The notes beneath the pieces were generated by a model, which made no database searches, had not been told where the DNA came from, and saw nothing but the letters and a program-made list of their open reading frames with translations. From Bilabrum cf. latius (lineage: Eukaryota), in the NCBI GenBank assembly GCA_965178125.1, contig OZ237746.1, positions 868,001 to 932,000 on the forward strand: 64,000 nucleotides of DNA, read 5' to 3'. The position numbers and the translations under genes were made by a program. Shown here piece after piece: positions 61,804 to 64,000 of this stretch; the first letter of the stretch is position 1; each line of letters starts with the position of its first letter.

Positions 61804-61980
61804 TTTTTTAATTGTGTCTGTGTATCGTTGGGGAAAATGTATCAATTTTTCTTGGGGACTTTTTAATAGCGATTTGTTTTCCACAAATTCCAAAACGGAT
61901 TTTGTAGAAATACTTCTACGCTTAAATAGTGGTTAAGAGATGCTTTTATCTCCCCCAATATATCATTCTATAATAAATCT

Positions 61981-62535
61981 ATGGATTATGCTCTTAGCGA
62001 TAGTGATATTCGTGTTCTCCTCCAAACTCCACCAAATATTAAGGGGTTTCTTCCTACGTCGGTAAACATCGTTCCATATACAGAATTAGGATAGTACAAT
62101 AGTATTGATGGATTATTTAGTCGTTGTAATTGTTGTATCATTCTATACCAAGAAGAAATAAACTCTGGTCATTGGGTTTGCTTATTTAAGCGTAATAAAA
62201 CAATATACTTCTTTGACAGTTACGGAATTCGTCCTGATAGGCAATAGAGTACGATGAGTGACGCCGTCCGGAAACGTTTTTATGAAGACCCTGAACTAAT
62301 ACATTTAATGTATCATTCTCCGTATAAGATTGACTATAACCCATATTAGTTTTAGGCGGATGGAATGGATATAGCAACCTGCGGGAGACATTGTATAGTT
62401 CGTCTTTGGAATAGGGGAAAAAACGCTGATTAGTATAAAAAGTGGGTGGATAAGGTTTGTAAGAAACATACATTAAATCCTGATGAATTAGTGTATTTAT
62501 TGACGTATCATCTTAATGATATTAAGTCCCCATAA
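61981..62535 (+). CDS. Virophage maturation cysteine protease (adenain/Ulp1-like), 184 aa
   Basis: YALSDSDI, GHWVCL, YFFDSYG..PD and NPY*F*...TCGRHC, with TAGs at the expected Gln positions. Confidence 0.92.
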
Positions 62536-62683
62536 AATGCTGATGCTTCTTGCTGTTAATATGGTGTGATTTATTGTATACTTTATATTTCCCACCACAA
62601 GGGCAAAGAATTGTTTGCTTTAAAGTATCTTTATTTTTCTTGTAATATTCTTGATTATATTCCTGTGTATTTCTCACGGGCAT
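62522..62683 (-). CDS. Small zinc-finger protein (CPCGG...HH...H)
   Basis: YYKKNK...CPCGGKY...NKSHHINSKKH pattern, common in virophages and NCLDVs. Confidence 0.6.
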   Translation of the reverse strand: MPVRNTQEYNQEYYKKNKDTLKQTILCPCGGKYKVYNKSHHINSKKHQHFMGT

Positions 62684-62715
62684 ATCTCTGTTATATACTA
62701 AGAACAAAGTACTTA

Positions 62716-63639
62716 ATGGAAAAGTATTTTGACGAAGTTCATACTCCTAGAAACCCTGAGCGGTCATATAGAAAAGTTTAGGCCTATGGAAATGCGGATA
62801 TTTACTCTGCAGATTTAATTGACCTCTCAAGATTTGCTGAGTATAATGATAATTATAAATGGATACTCTCATTAATTGATATTATTTCAAGAAAAGGGAT
62901 TGCTATACCACTCAAGAATAAACTAGCGACTACTGTGTTAAAAGGCTACAAATAGATTGTGGAAGGCTTGGGAAAACAACCTAATAAACTGTGGACTGAC
63001 TAGGGAAAAGAGTTCTATAATAAAACGTTTAAGAAATATCTTTCCAAACACAATACTCACCTGTACTCAACTTTTTCCGGAAAAAAGGCGGTTGTTGTGG
63101 AACGCTTCAATAGAACTATTTTAACCAAATTATTTAAGTCGATGGCTAAGAATAAGACACGACGATGGATTGATTTATTAACTGATGTTATTGTTTCCTA
63201 TAATAATACTGAACATAGCACCATTAAGATGACACCTAACGAATTGTGGGAAAAGGAAAAAGATTTCCAACCAAGTATTAAACGTCACTAGAAAAGCCCT
63301 ATTAAATTCAAGAAGGGCGATATCGTACGAGTAATGTACCCTAAGAAAACATTTGATAAAGGGTATTTACCTAATTGGAGTTGGGACGTCTTCAAAATTA
63401 ATAAGGTATTCTTGACAAATCCAACAACCTATACTTTGACGAATGGGGAAAAGAAGAAATTAGAGGGGAAATACTATGATTGGCAATTAAAGAAAACCGT
63501 GTAGCCTTTTGGGGTCTATAACATCGAAAGAGTTGTAGATACTGAAATGAAAGATGGAATTGAGTATAGTTTTGTGAAATGGGTGGGGTATGATGCTTCG
63601 CATAACAGTTGGATACCGACCAATCAACTAATAGATTGA
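62716..63639 (+). CDS. Polinton-type rve (DDE) integrase with C-terminal chromodomain, 307 aa
   Basis: SADLID, IDIISR, WTD*GKEFYN, VERFNRT, YNNTEHSTIKMTP, KGYLPNWS and VKWVGYDASHNSWIP. Confidence 0.95.
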
Positions 63640-63708
63640 TTTTTATGGTGTCATCATGGGAATTACAACATTAAATTTTAATTGGAAAATTTTATTTATT
63701 CTTTCTAA
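63569..63708. repeat. Inner part of the right TIR
   Basis: Reverse complement of 44195-44334; the match stops abruptly at 63709. Confidence 0.9.
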
Positions 63709-64000
63709 TAATGCTAACGCCGAATGGGGTTCGGGGTTGATGTGGCGATGCGTTCGAGACTCGAACACAGGCTCCGGTCTACCAACGCGAGGTTGCAACC
63801 GCCAGTGCGACCAGCAGCTTGCGAGGCATTCCCTCGTCTCCTTCCTTAGGGAAGGGGGCGGGGCAGCGCGGCAGTGGCCGTTCCGGCTCATGCCGTTGTT
63901 TTGTTTAGTATTTATGTTCGGTTTGGTGCTCACACGGGTAGTGCTTAACGCCGTGTCAACTATCGCGCGTGTCCATGTGGGTCCGTTCGGCCTACATCGT
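63709..64000. mobile_element. Unidentified GC-richer insertion interrupting the right TIR (runs off the window)
   Basis: TIR identity is lost and GC rises at 63709. Confidence 0.55.

Larger units (their letters stand above)
39311..63708. mobile_element. Endogenous virophage (Maveriviricetes-like provirophage) with Polinton-type pPolB and integrase; right end outside the window
   Basis: AT-rich island starting with AGTAGT. TIR match between 44195-44334 and 63569-63708. Encodes MCP, penton, ATPase, protease, pPolB and rve integrase. Reconstructed length is about 17.9 kb if both TIRs are ~1.32 kb. Confidence 0.93.

Noticed and set aside
44310-63639. Viral genes as pseudogenes full of nonsense mutations
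   Set aside because: All interruptions are TAG, frames are preserved, and TAGs sit at conserved Gln positions.
39311-63708. AT-rich island as contamination or a chimeric join
   Set aside because: It shares the host's TAG usage, has a defined terminus, and contains a GC-rich retrotransposon with a TSD. Long-read confirmation is still desirable.

Overview
This is eukaryotic (flagellated protist) genomic DNA read with a non-standard nuclear code: TAG is a sense codon, most likely Gln, and only TAA and TGA stop. The supplied ORF track is therefore heavily fragmented. Bases 1-34.9 kb are GC-rich host genes: a HYDIN-like protein, a SIRT4-like sirtuin, a membrane protein, an ELWxxDG-repeat membrane protein, an FkbM-type methyltransferase protein and a ~3,665-aa secreted bulb-lectin protein. 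Bases 35-39.3 kb hold a 5'-truncated LINE, a minisatellite, a decayed tyrosine recombinase and a probable TTAA-flanked transposon end. From 39311 to beyond 63708 lies an AT-rich endogenous virophage, about 18 kb once its insertions are removed. It has an AGTAGT terminus, ~1.3-kb TIRs, pPolB, rve integrase with chromodomain, a Sputnik-like MCP, penton, packaging ATPase, cysteine protease, GIY-YIG and Tlr6F genes, and most of these read TAG as Gln. The virophage carries three insertions: an RLE-type non-LTR retrotransposon in the left TIR (10-bp TSD), a head-to-tail trimer of a 1.31-kb GC-rich element that splits the MCP gene and has fixed-length hypervariable windows, and a GC-rich insertion in the right TIR at the window edge. 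All family assignments come from motif recognition by eye; no database search was run.
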